In this document: in pieces, positions 1 through 9,413 of the stretch
Layout: every line of letters starts with the position of its first letter
How positions within the stretch are numbered: position 1 is the stretch's first letter
Source of the DNA: Bacteroidota bacterium
GTDB lineage: Bacteria > Bacteroidota > Bacteroidia > Bacteroidales > UBA7960
NCBI GenBank assembly: GCA_007694165.1
Contig: RECE01000245.1
Coordinates: forward strand, 4,962 to 68,961
Direction: 5' to 3'
DNA: 64,000 nt
Notes under the pieces: model-generated
Databases searched by the model: none
Told to the model about the DNA's origin: nothing
Seen by the model: the letters and a program-made list of their open reading frames with translations, nothing else
Position numbers and translations under genes: made by a program

Positions 1-2369
1 GGAGCATCTTCACCGGTTATTGTTACAGAATTGATGATAATGACACCTTCACCAGAATTGGACACTGTAAAGTTAACAGGAGAAGATTGTTCATCAATAT
101 TGACATTGCCAAAATCAAGTTCACCATCTACAGGATCGGGATTGATGGAGAAAACGGGTTCGGTGGGAACCTCCTCTACTTTTACATTATCAATAACATT
201 GGCACGTCCAAAGTTATTAATACCTTCAAAAGCAATCTGATAAGTATCCGATGTATTTGGAAGACTTATAACCTCTTGAGTCCAGACAGTAATATTATCG
301 GTGAAATGAGCCAGTTCAACCCATGGATCTGTTTCACTTACACGGTAATAGACTTTGGTTTCATTCTGATCACCAAACCACACCTCCTGTGCATAATAAA
401 ATACCAATCTGTATTCAGTCTTAGCTGATAAATCGAGAGGAGGAGTAACCAATTTTGTAACAGGATTGTTGGTTCCTGATTGCGATACAAAGCGCGCATT
501 CAATTCACCTTCAAAGGCACTGGTGATTGCACCACCTGAAGAGCCTGCTGCAAATGTCCAGGATACTGTTCCTACTTCATTTATTTGCGTCCATCCTGCT
601 CTGGAGGGTGAGTCATCCTCAAAAGTTTCAGTCCAGGGGAAAGAAGAAATTGTTGGATCAGTCATGGTGGTAAACGACCATACCTCGCAGTCTTCAGCCG
701 GTCCAAATTCATTGTAAGGTAACACTTTCCATTGGTATGTAGTGTTATACTCCAGATTTGCCTGGAAAGAGGCAACATTACCCACATCAACGCCCGTTGC
801 CGGCAGGGTTTGGCCAATAAACAACTCATAACCGTCAGTATTTGGGCTGGCCTGCCAGGTCAAATTAACGTTCCTGGGAATGTTTACAGCTTCATCCGCA
901 GGTGTAAGGTATGTCACACATTCGGGAACAATTTCCAAACTTGAACCCCAAACCTCAAGCATGAAATCGTAGGCAAGGTTATTATTTGGGTCTCCATCGG
1001 GGTTTACTACCCTTTGCCAGGCATTTCCATCACCTGTGCCTTCATCAGCCCGCAACCAGAAGAAAGAGCCTGCAGTGCTTTGAACAGAAACCCATCCTTG
1101 CTGAAGATCGACAGCTTCAGGCAGGTCAAGCTCAAATTTGAATACACTGAAACCGGGGTTCCATGACAATATTTCAACAAAATAGGCATTTGCATCAACA
1201 GTTTGCACTGAAACCGGATTTGCCCAGTCGGGTTCTCCGGTTGTATGCTCATAAAACTTTACAATAAAAGGATGCGTGCTTCCTGGTACATAACCTGATG
1301 GAAGACCCTGAACCATAATTTTGGTGATTTCATCAATTGCTGAATTCGAAAAATTATCGGCAACCTCGAATTCAGTAGTTTCGTCAATAACGGCACTGTT
1401 ATTGGCACTGCCACCATAGCTGAACTTATGCCACAGCAGGTCCTGATTTATTTCTGTAAAAGTTGCCTGTAAAGTCTTATCACTATCCATTATAATGGTA
1501 GTACGGCCAAAGGCAGGATCTGCAACATCACCCAGGTTCCATGCATCAAATGTGTAACCAAAGGCCGGGTTGGCATTAAGGATAACAGTTGCATCGATTG
1601 TAAAGTCATGAATGCCAGGTGCAGGAATAACTTCACCATTACCAATGGGATCAAGCATGGTTAAGCTAAATGTAGATGCTTCAAAAATAGTTACATCATC
1701 AACCAGCCACCAATAGTCGTATTCACCAATCCAGTTAAATTTGATTTTCACATTGCTTTGTCCCTGGGCAATGGATGTAATGTCAAATAATGAAAATACC
1801 GGATTAGGGCCGTTGCTTGAATTAACAGCTCCACCTGACCAGTTGTAAAGCAATGTTTTCGTAGCAAAGTCATCAGTACTTATATAAATACTGATATCTG
1901 CAGCTCCAAAAGTTCTTGCCCAGTGCTCAACACTAAAAAAAATACTTTCCGTTGCATCACTGCAGTCAATGGCAGGACTGATAAGATTGGCTTCTTCCGG
2001 AACGCCATCGACTCCGTATGCATCAGAATCCAGAATCATGTAGCCATTACCGGCAGTTGTGGAAAGTAATTGTCCTCCAAAGGCACCACCGGTATCTGTC
2101 CATTCCCATCCGGGGAATACCGCAGGTCCTGAAACAACAATATTCTGCCATCCTTCCGGGAAGGCACCATCGAAATCTTCGGAAAAAAGAACATTTTTGA
2201 AGTTAACGTTCTTTATTACTTCAGAGGAGGGTAATGGAAAAATTGATTTCCTTATTTCTGTTTTATGCTTCTGATTGGCATCCAATTGGCTTATGGCCTT
2301 TTGTTGCCCAAAAATCAAAGCAGGTATTAAACCGAAACATACCATAAATAGTAATTTTTTTCTCTTCAT
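1..2369 (-). CDS. Large secreted multidomain protein (signal peptide; cleaved-adhesin/MAM-like beta-sandwich domains, B-repeat-like module, FN3-like domain); 3' end runs off the window; probable T9SS cargo
   Basis: Absent from the ORF track because there is no stop in the window. Hand translation from the ATG at 2369: MKRKKLLFMVCFGLIPALIFGQ...LFSEDFDGAFPEGW...LISPAIDCS...WWLVDDVTI...YNTTYQWKVLPYNEFG...FPWTETFEDD...LVTPPLDLS...IDNVKV. The frame is consistent down to position 3. Confidence 0.85.
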   Translation of the reverse strand, partial: MKRKKLLFMVCFGLIPALIFGQQKAISQLDANQKHKTEIRKSIFPLPSSEVIKNVNFKNVLFSEDFDGAFPEGWQNIVVSGPAVFPGWEWTDTGGAFGGQLLSTTAGNGYMILDSDAYGVDGVPEEANLISPAIDCSDATESIFFSVEHWARTFGAADISIYISTDDFATKTLLYNWSGGAVNSSNGPNPVFSLFDITSIAQGQSNVKIKFNWIGEYDYWWLVDDVTIFEASTFSLTMLDPIGNGEVIPAPGIHDFTIDATVILNANPAFGYTFDAWNLGDVADPAFGRTTIIMDSDKTLQATFTEINQDLLWHKFSYGGSANNSAVIDETTEFEVADNFSNSAIDEITKIMVQGLPSGYVPGSTHPFIVKFYEHTTGEPDWANPVSVQTVDANAYFVEILSWNPGFSVFKFELDLPEAVDLQQGWVSVQSTAGSFFWLRADEGTGDGNAWQRVVNPDGDPNNNLAYDFMLEVWGSSLEIVPECVTYLTPADEAVNIPRNVNLTWQASPNTDGYELFIGQTLPATGVDVGNVASFQANLEYNTTYQWKVLPYNEFGPAEDCEVWSFTTMTDPTISSFPWTETFEDDSPSRAGWTQINEVGTVSWTFAAGSSGGAITSAFEGELNARFVSQSGTNNPVTKLVTPPLDLSAKTEYRLVFYYAQEVWFGDQNETKVYYRVSETDPWVELAHFTDNITVWTQEVISLPNTSDTYQIAFEGINNFGRANVIDNVKVEEVPTEPVFSINPDPVDGELDFGNVNIDEQSSPVNFTVSNSGEGVIIINSVTITGEDA

Positions 2370-3166
2370 AACTTCAATTTTTCATGAATAAATTGTTTGA
2401 ATTAATGAATTGGATTTATGATGGGTTTGTTGAGAAATAAAATGCCGGCAGAAAGGAGAAATACCCGACATTGTGAGGGAGAGAGGTTGTTTTGTCTTGT
2501 CAGACAATGTAAACTGAACGATGTGATCATTGATTTTACACATACTGTAATGTATTGTAAAGTTGAACTTTTAATAAATCATGAAGAAGCATTATGCAAA
2601 ATGCAGATACATCAATTAAACAAGGAAGGTTTCTCTTTTTTGAAAAACAAGAGAAAGCATCCTGTCTGTGAGAGTATTCCCGGGAGGCGGAGAATAAAAG
2701 ATTTCAAATAGTAAGTCTTCAGGTTAAGAAGAAGACCTATTTCTACAGTTTCAAAAAATCTCTTTGGGGGGGCAAAGATGTTGTTGAATTAGTTTCGGCT
2801 TAATAGGGGGGATTAAGCCTGGATCATTTTTTTTATCTAAAGTATTTTGTTCGTATGATAAAACATGTTATTGATAGGCCAAATTTAAATAATATTTTGT
2901 TAATACCAAAAAAAAATGTTTAAAATGATGAATTATTATGTTGAATTCATAAAATGCAGGCTTTGTGTTGATTAAAAATGGTTGTGGTTTAGAAAAACCT
3001 CAGAACTCTCTGTAGTCTTAATATGAGTATTAAAAAAAGATGTTTTCCGGTTGGATCAAAAAATATTTATTCTGTTTATTTTTATCCTGAATTTTTGACT
3101 ATTTTTATTGCATGTAAACCGGAGCAATGCAACGACTTTTAATTGTTCATCATAAAATGTGCGGCC

Positions 3167-4006
3167 ATGTCTGATTTTAGTCAAAGTAACAGCAAGTCAT
3201 CCAACACCAAAAGGATGGAAGATTTAATTGACAAAGCTTTTAATGCAACAGATTATTATGATCGTGTTGATGCAATAAAAGAAATTGATGATCAGGAGGT
3301 ATTAAGAAAAGTTGCAGCCAATGATCCGGATTATTATGTGCGACAAACTGCCACAGAGAAGATTGAAGATCAGGATGTATTGATGCAGATAGCCCTTAAT
3401 GACAGTGATTATTATGTAAGGGTTGCCGCCGTTAAAAGAATTTCTGATGCAAAAATCCTTGCGCATATTGTTCTTAAAAGCCAGGAAGATTATTATATCT
3501 GTAAAGATGCCCTTGCCAAAATCAAAGATGATGATGTGCTGGAGAAACTGATAGATGAAATCTCAGACAGGGACATAATGAAAACTGCTGTTGAAGCCAT
3601 AGAAAGACAAAGTACTTTGAAGAAAATTGCCGTTGGTCATGAAGATTTTTACGTAAGATCGGATGCATTGAAGAAAATAGAAGATCAACAGCTGCTCATT
3701 GAAATCGCTTTGAATGATGAAGATTATTATGTGCGGGCTCTTGCACTGGAAAAGGTTTTAGATCCTGAGATAATTGTAAAGGTAGCATTTGAAGATCAGG
3801 ACTATTATGTGCGAAATAAGGCCGTTGCCAAAATCGATGATCCTGCCATTTTAGCAGAACTGGTAAAAAAAGATGCTGATTTTGAAGTGAGAAAAAAAGC
3901 TATCTCTAAAATTCACGACAGAGGCTTGCTGGAACAATTGCTCATAGACGTTGAGGACCATTATATCCTCCGTAAAATTAAAAATAAACTCAGCGAGCTT
4001 GAATAG
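3167..4006 (+). CDS. HEAT/LRV-like helical repeat protein (about ten ~25-aa repeats)
   Basis: ORF 3143..4006, first ATG at 3167. Repeats of the form I-D-x-x-L-x-x-IA-x-x-D-x-DYYVR-x-x-A-x-x-K. Confidence 0.8.
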   Translation: MSDFSQSNSKSSNTKRMEDLIDKAFNATDYYDRVDAIKEIDDQEVLRKVAANDPDYYVRQTATEKIEDQDVLMQIALNDSDYYVRVAAVKRISDAKILAHIVLKSQEDYYICKDALAKIKDDDVLEKLIDEISDRDIMKTAVEAIERQSTLKKIAVGHEDFYVRSDALKKIEDQQLLIEIALNDEDYYVRALALEKVLDPEIIVKVAFEDQDYYVRNKAVAKIDDPAILAELVKKDADFEVRKKAISKIHDRGLLEQLLIDVEDHYILRKIKNKLSELE

Positions 4007-4041
4007 AATGTTGGCTGAATCGAAAACGGAGTAAAACAACC

Positions 4042-5019
4042 ATGCTATTTGTAGAAAACGATTCCCTCGACCCCTACTTTAATATCGCCGCAGAAGAATA
4101 CCTGCTCAAAAATTTTGAAAGTGACGTTATCATGCTGTGGCGAAGCAATCCATCTGTGATTGTAGGCAAACACCAAAACACCCTTGCCGAAATCAATTTA
4201 GGTTTTGTAAGAAAAAACAACATTCCTGTAATCCGGAGATTAACAGGGGGAGGCACAGTGTTTCATGATCCCGGAAATATCAACTTTACCTTTATCAAGC
4301 AAGCCGAAAAGGAAAAACTGGTGGATTTTAAAGCCCATACAGCCCCGGTGATTGATTTTTTGAACAACATTGGGGTAGACGCACGTTTTGAGGGGAAGAA
4401 CGACTTGAGGGTAAATGGACTCAAGATTTCGGGCAATGCAGAGCATATATTTAAAAATAAAGTATTGCATCATGGCACCCTTCTTTTCGATGCAAATTTG
4501 CAAACTCTCAGCGAGTCTATCAAATCAAGAGAACCCAATTTTACAAGCAAAGCTGTAAAATCTGTAAGAAGTACGGTTGTAAATATAGCTTCACTGCCGG
4601 GAGTTTCTATGGGAAGAGAAGAATTTATGGAGAAACTGGGGACTTATTTGCAGGGTTACTTTAAAAATATCAATACCTATCAGTTTAATGATGATGACAG
4701 GAGGAATGTTGAAAAGCTTAAACAGGAAAAGTATACCCAGTGGATTTGGAATTATGGCTACTCGCCCCAATACACATTCAAAAATTCCGCAAGTATTCTC
4801 AACAGAAATATTCTGGTCGAACTGACGGTAAAAAAAGGGATTATAGAAAACCTGAGGCTTTGTATTGATCTCATCAATCAGGATAACAATCCCCTGGTAC
4901 AGGCCCTCAATGGTCAGGCACACAACCCTGAGACCGTGGAGAGTGCTCTGAGCAATCAGAATTTTATGGGTTATAACCAGATTGCCGATAAATGGTTATT
5001 GACGGGCTTGTTTTTTTAG
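4042..5019 (+). CDS. lplA: Lipoate-protein ligase A
   Basis: Motifs NIAAEEYL, RRLTGGGTVFHDPGNINFTF, KISGNA, LHHGTLL, W-WNYG-SP. Confidence 0.92.
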   Translation: MLFVENDSLDPYFNIAAEEYLLKNFESDVIMLWRSNPSVIVGKHQNTLAEINLGFVRKNNIPVIRRLTGGGTVFHDPGNINFTFIKQAEKEKLVDFKAHTAPVIDFLNNIGVDARFEGKNDLRVNGLKISGNAEHIFKNKVLHHGTLLFDANLQTLSESIKSREPNFTSKAVKSVRSTVVNIASLPGVSMGREEFMEKLGTYLQGYFKNINTYQFNDDDRRNVEKLKQEKYTQWIWNYGYSPQYTFKNSASILNRNILVELTVKKGIIENLRLCIDLINQDNNPLVQALNGQAHNPETVESALSNQNFMGYNQIADKWLLTGLFF

Positions 5020-5957
5020 GTTTCGTTGTCTGGTTTCACCTGTTCTATTTCTACAACCAGCCCTTCTTCTGCAAGAATGGTATTTTCAAATAAAGTTTGA
5101 GCCTCGTCAACAAATAAGGATAATTCATCGTAACGGGCTGAATAGTGCCCCATCATTAACTTTTTTACATTTGCCTTGCTGGCAATGGTAGCTGCCTCCA
5201 AGGCAGTGCAGTGTGTTTTTTCCTTTGCAATGTCGGCTTTATCGTTAAGAAAAGTTGCTTCATGGTAGAGAAGATCGGCATTGGCTATTTCCGTGATATA
5301 GTTTTCTGTATAACCAGTATCAGAGCAACATGCATAAACGCGGGGTGGTGAAGGGGGCAATGTCATTTTTTCATTGGGAATGATTTCCCCACTGGCGGTT
5401 CGGTAATCAGCACCATTTTTAATTGCAGGGATACTACTTACAGGAATATCGAACTGTTCAATGGCCTCCTTTCTTATATTCCTTTCTGAGGGTTTTTCTT
5501 TTATCAGAAATCCATAAGCCGGCAGCCGGTGCATCATTTCAATGGTTTCGATACTGATATGGTTATCAGAATACAGCAGTTGCTTTCCTTTGGTAATAAC
5601 ATGATACTGAATATCAAAACCGGGTTCAAGTTTTGATATACGGTATTGTACTTCTATAATTTCCTGTATTCCCGAAGGAGAATACACATGCAATTTTTTC
5701 TTTCTTCCCAGCAGATGCATCGAGAAAATCAACCCTGGAAGACCCAGATAATGGTCTCCATGTAAATGAGAAATAAAAATATGGTTGATCTTCATCAAGG
5801 GCAGGCGAAACCGCCTTATCTGCATCTGTGCCCCTTCAGCACAATCAATCAGCATGTATTTGTTGTGGTAGTTTACCAGTTGTGAAGAGGTAAGCCGGGT
5901 AGAAGTAGGTATAGCCGCAGACGAGCCCAGGATATGGACCTTGAAGTTATTGCTCAT
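5016..5957 (-). CDS. rnz: Ribonuclease Z (MBL fold)
   Basis: LGSSAAIPT, DCAEG, HLHGDH, exosite insertion, HEATF, GHYSARY. Confidence 0.93.
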   Translation of the reverse strand: MSNNFKVHILGSSAAIPTSTRLTSSQLVNYHNKYMLIDCAEGAQMQIRRFRLPLMKINHIFISHLHGDHYLGLPGLIFSMHLLGRKKKLHVYSPSGIQEIIEVQYRISKLEPGFDIQYHVITKGKQLLYSDNHISIETIEMMHRLPAYGFLIKEKPSERNIRKEAIEQFDIPVSSIPAIKNGADYRTASGEIIPNEKMTLPPSPPRVYACCSDTGYTENYITEIANADLLYHEATFLNDKADIAKEKTHCTALEAATIASKANVKKLMMGHYSARYDELSLFVDEAQTLFENTILAEEGLVVEIEQVKPDNET

Positions 5958-6004
5958 AGTAGATGGATAAAAAAACGGTAAAGGAGTTTGAGGAATAAAG
6001 ATGG

Positions 6005-7165
6005 TTATTGTTCATAACTTCCTTTCTTGAGCATCTTTGAGTTTTCAACCATCAGTTTACCCATGGCAACAAGGTGAATGATATTGAAATCCTGATCCAG
6101 TACCACCAGGTCAGCATCTTTCGCAACTTCTATTCTACCCTTATTTTTTAACCAGAGGATATCGGCAATGTTACTGGTGGCAACCGTTAAAGCAAGTTCA
6201 AGATCTATTTTCTCTTCCCTTACTGTATCAGCGATTTCGTCGAATACTGATTTTGGATAACCCATTTTAAGGCTTACCAGTTTGCCATTTTCATCAAAAT
6301 CGGGCAGGGAGCCACAAGCATCACTGGTCATGGTTATATGTTTAAGGGGTACCCCTGATTTGAGCAGGCCTGCAATGGCTTTGGATGGTTTTACTTCGTA
6401 TTGAGGAAAGTAAGGGTAGGAGCTCGCCGTTATATCAATATATCCTTTTTTGCCATAGGTTTTGGCATCTTCAAAAATATAAGAGTTGCGGTTGATATGA
6501 GTAGGAAGAAACTGTTTAAAGCTCAGTTCACTCATGGCCACAATTTCATAGAGGGGTTTAAAGGGGCTTTTGGCATCGCCCATATGAATATTTACTATAC
6601 CGCATTTCCCTCCAAGCATACCGCCTACCCGGGCATGGCCTGCCAGTCTGATGAGCTCGTGAGCAGACGGGAATGAACTTCTGTGGTCAGAAATGGCTAT
6701 TTCTCCCACACCTATTATTTCCTCAATCAGTGCAATGTCTTTACCAACATCTCCCATAATGGTGGGGGTGGGCACCTGGTAGGATCCGGTATACATCCAG
6801 GCACTCACACCTTCTTGTCTCAGTGCTTTAACTTTCATCAGCACAGACTCAAGATTTCGGGTCATGCCATCAGTTCCCAGGCAACCAATTACCGTAGTAA
6901 CCCCTGCTTCCAGCATGTGGCTGAGTTGCATTTCGGGTGTTCGGCTGGCCGGGCCCCCTTCTCCGCCTGCTCCTGCAATGTGTACATGCGCATCAATGAG
7001 GCCGGGAATAACCCTGAATCCCTTTAAGTCCATTACCTTCACTTCCAGCCCCTGAGGCACAGGGATACTTTCTTCTACAGCAATAATCTGGTTTCCAGCA
7101 ATAAGGATGTCTTTAATGCCCGATTTTTCCGGCGCGTACAGTTCGCAGTTTTTTAATAATAGCAT
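6005..7165 (-). CDS. iadA: Isoaspartyl dipeptidase (beta-aspartyl peptidase, IadA, amidohydrolase fold)
   Basis: IDAHVHIAGAGGEGG, GCLGTDG, GEIAISDHRSS, HMGD, PTHINR, TSDACGSLP. Confidence 0.93.
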   Translation of the reverse strand: MLLLKNCELYAPEKSGIKDILIAGNQIIAVEESIPVPQGLEVKVMDLKGFRVIPGLIDAHVHIAGAGGEGGPASRTPEMQLSHMLEAGVTTVIGCLGTDGMTRNLESVLMKVKALRQEGVSAWMYTGSYQVPTPTIMGDVGKDIALIEEIIGVGEIAISDHRSSFPSAHELIRLAGHARVGGMLGGKCGIVNIHMGDAKSPFKPLYEIVAMSELSFKQFLPTHINRNSYIFEDAKTYGKKGYIDITASSYPYFPQYEVKPSKAIAGLLKSGVPLKHITMTSDACGSLPDFDENGKLVSLKMGYPKSVFDEIADTVREEKIDLELALTVATSNIADILWLKNKGRIEVAKDADLVVLDQDFNIIHLVAMGKLMVENSKMLKKGSYEQ

Positions 7166-7281
7166 AGTTATCGAAATGTTTTAATAGTATTTTGTTGATT
7201 TTATAAAAGATCAAAACCTCTGCAGTTCTCTCCTTAAACTCAATGGAGGATAACCAAAAGGAGGTTCTGTCAATTACCTTA

Positions 7282-9192
7282 TTATTCTGATGAATATTTA
7301 TTGATCAAGTCCCTGAGAAATGGTTTGATCATGTTTAGCAAGATGTTTTCTTTCTCATTTTCAATATAGCTAACAGTTTTCAGGGTATGGCTGTTCATAC
7401 TTAATTTTATTTGGGCATCGGATACTTCAATGAGGTATCCGCCGGGAAGCAACATGTTTTTCATGCTTTCCTCTGCCCAATTGGGGTGGTCCAGGATAAT
7501 AAGATCAGCTCCTTCATGAAAAAAACCGTAATCATATATATTTTCTCTGCTATGGTTAAAAATGGCGAAGGCAGTTTCAGGGTGTCTGAGTATAATTTTT
7601 ACATTCTGGTCATGGCTGGTGTTTTTGAAAAAATACTTTCCGTTGAAAAAAACACCTTCAGGAGCCAATGCACCCACAAATGTATCCGAATCGATCTTTT
7701 TTAGTTCCCCTAAGATTTCCGTCATCATATATTGGGTTATCTGGTTCCCTGCAATTATGGGTATTCTTGCCAGTTCGGGCTTTTTAAAATGAGACAGCAG
7801 AATCATCTCTGGTACGTCGATACTCCCGCCATAGGCAGGGGCAAGATGCATAAAGACTCCTGGTCCGGCATTGATCTCTATGATGCCAAAAATCCCCTCC
7901 CCCCAGGGTGTTGATATATCAGCTGCAAGAACATCAATACCCAGGCACTTAACTTTAAAAAAGCCTGCAATAGACTCTGCCAGTTCAATGTTTTGGGGAT
8001 GTATTTCATGGGTAACATTTACAGATACTCCGCCGGCAGAAATATTGGCAACTCTTCGCAGGAAAATGCGTTCACCATCAGCGGGTATACTGTTTAGCTG
8101 AAGATTCTGGAGCAACAGGTAGTCTAAAAGTTCTTTATCAATATGTATTTTAGCCAACGGAGAACGGGCATTGTCGAGCCGGATTTCTTTTTTGTTTTCC
8201 TCCTCAATGAGTTTTTCTATCGTATCCTGTCCATTGCCATCCACATAGGCGGGTATTCTCTTGAGTGCTGCGGCAAATTTTCCGTCAATGGTAAGAATCC
8301 GGTGATCATGACCTGCAATATGCTCTTGTACTATGGCTCCGTCAAAGTAAATATCTTCTTTCTCCGAAATGTCCATGATATTCTGGAAAGCAATTTTTAC
8401 CTCCGACTCATTTTTGATACCGGTAGTAACACCAATGCCCTTGTGGCCGGACACGGGTTTTACAACGACAGGAAAACCCAGCTTTCGGGCTTCCGAAAGA
8501 GCTTCTGTTTCTGTAAAGCAATTGCGGCCGGCAGGGGTGGGAAAACCGCACATGAGCAAAAATTCTGTCACCATATCTTTGTACATGGTAAATTCGGTAT
8601 CTTTTATTCCATCGGTGTGCATAGTGGTTGAGCGGCCGCGAAGTTGTTTAACCCCATAGCCCCATTGGTACTGATTTTCTTCTTCAAGAAAAAATACCGG
8701 GATTTCGTTTTTCATGCCCGCTTCTACAAGAGCATAAAGGGTAGGACCGCCCAAAACGGACTTGTCAAATATTCTTTTTAAAAGCTCAAACTTTTTCAAG
8801 AAATTGAACTCTTCAGTTTTACCATCATTGATAGACTTGAACCAATCACTTACCAAAACAGCGGCATCTTCAGCGGTATAATCATCGAGAAATTCAATGG
8901 CTATAACATAATCATCACCATCTTCAGTAATTGATAATTCATTGATATGAAGGTCTATGTCCATCCTTAAAACCTCCAGAAGTGTATGGGCAAATAAATC
9001 TGCCACCGTTTGTAAATTAAAGGGTTTTAACTTTGGGAATGCCTCAAAAACATAAGGTTTGTAAAAATCTACCTCCGGGCCGTCAGTTGCAATATGGAGG
9101 TTAAACACCAGCGCTTTTACAGCCAGATAATGGCTTGGGCCATAATAGAAGTAAAACTTCCTGACATCAAAATCATTCTCTTGTGTTCTCAT
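7282..9192 (-). CDS. cphA2: Cyanophycin synthetase, CphA2-like (N domain + ATP-grasp domain + short degenerate C-terminal domain), 636 aa
   Basis: ORF 7282..9261, probable ATG at 9192 (MRTQENDFDV). Motifs GGPTLYAL, QWGYGVKQLRG, PVVVKPVSGHKGIGVT, ANISAGG, GIDV, EINAGPG, RIPII. There is no Mur-ligase GTNGKTT P-loop, and the protein is much shorter than a typical CphA1 (about 870 aa). Flanked by cphB and iadA. Confidence 0.8.
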   Translation of the reverse strand: MRTQENDFDVRKFYFYYGPSHYLAVKALVFNLHIATDGPEVDFYKPYVFEAFPKLKPFNLQTVADLFAHTLLEVLRMDIDLHINELSITEDGDDYVIAIEFLDDYTAEDAAVLVSDWFKSINDGKTEEFNFLKKFELLKRIFDKSVLGGPTLYALVEAGMKNEIPVFFLEEENQYQWGYGVKQLRGRSTTMHTDGIKDTEFTMYKDMVTEFLLMCGFPTPAGRNCFTETEALSEARKLGFPVVVKPVSGHKGIGVTTGIKNESEVKIAFQNIMDISEKEDIYFDGAIVQEHIAGHDHRILTIDGKFAAALKRIPAYVDGNGQDTIEKLIEEENKKEIRLDNARSPLAKIHIDKELLDYLLLQNLQLNSIPADGERIFLRRVANISAGGVSVNVTHEIHPQNIELAESIAGFFKVKCLGIDVLAADISTPWGEGIFGIIEINAGPGVFMHLAPAYGGSIDVPEMILLSHFKKPELARIPIIAGNQITQYMMTEILGELKKIDSDTFVGALAPEGVFFNGKYFFKNTSHDQNVKIILRHPETAFAIFNHSRENIYDYGFFHEGADLIILDHPNWAEESMKNMLLPGGYLIEVSDAQIKLSMNSHTLKTVSYIENEKENILLNMIKPFLRDLINKYSSE

Positions 9193-9258
9193 AGGGCCTG
9201 GGTTTATTTGATAATGGAAAATACTACAGAAGTAAACCTGGATGATCCCGGCAGTATT

Positions 9259-9266
9259 CAAACCTA
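9259..9266 (-). promoter_or_regulatory. Possible Bacteroidota -7 box (TAGGTTTG) of an internal promoter for the cphA2-like gene
   Basis: Matches TAnnTTTG on the minus strand, about 65 bp upstream of the ATG at 9192, inside the 221-bp cphB-cphA2 gap. Confidence 0.3.
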
Positions 9267-9413
9267 CGGAAAAAATGCGAATTGTGAGCCAATTGTCTTC
9301 AAAAAAGTTGTTGAATATGCTTTTTCTTTTTCCGGCTTGCGATCCAATGGCCGCTTATGTATAGTTTAAATGTACATCTGCATTCATTAAGATTAATGGT
9401 GGAGGTTTACCTG

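Noticed and set aside
31-2274. Short plus-strand ORFs (31..240, 87..428, 466..717, 732..944, 2018..2200, 2059..2274) and minus-strand 1007..1252
   Set aside because: They are shadows of the long minus-strand CDS at 1-2369.
2418-2711. 97-aa ORF in the AT-rich intergenic region
   Set aside because: No motif and atypical composition; it lies antisense in the probable leader of the 2369 gene.
7282-9261. Calling this a canonical CphA1 or a truncated pseudogene
   Set aside because: It has no Mur-ligase P-loop, yet the ORF is intact and its C-terminal domain and length fit CphA2.
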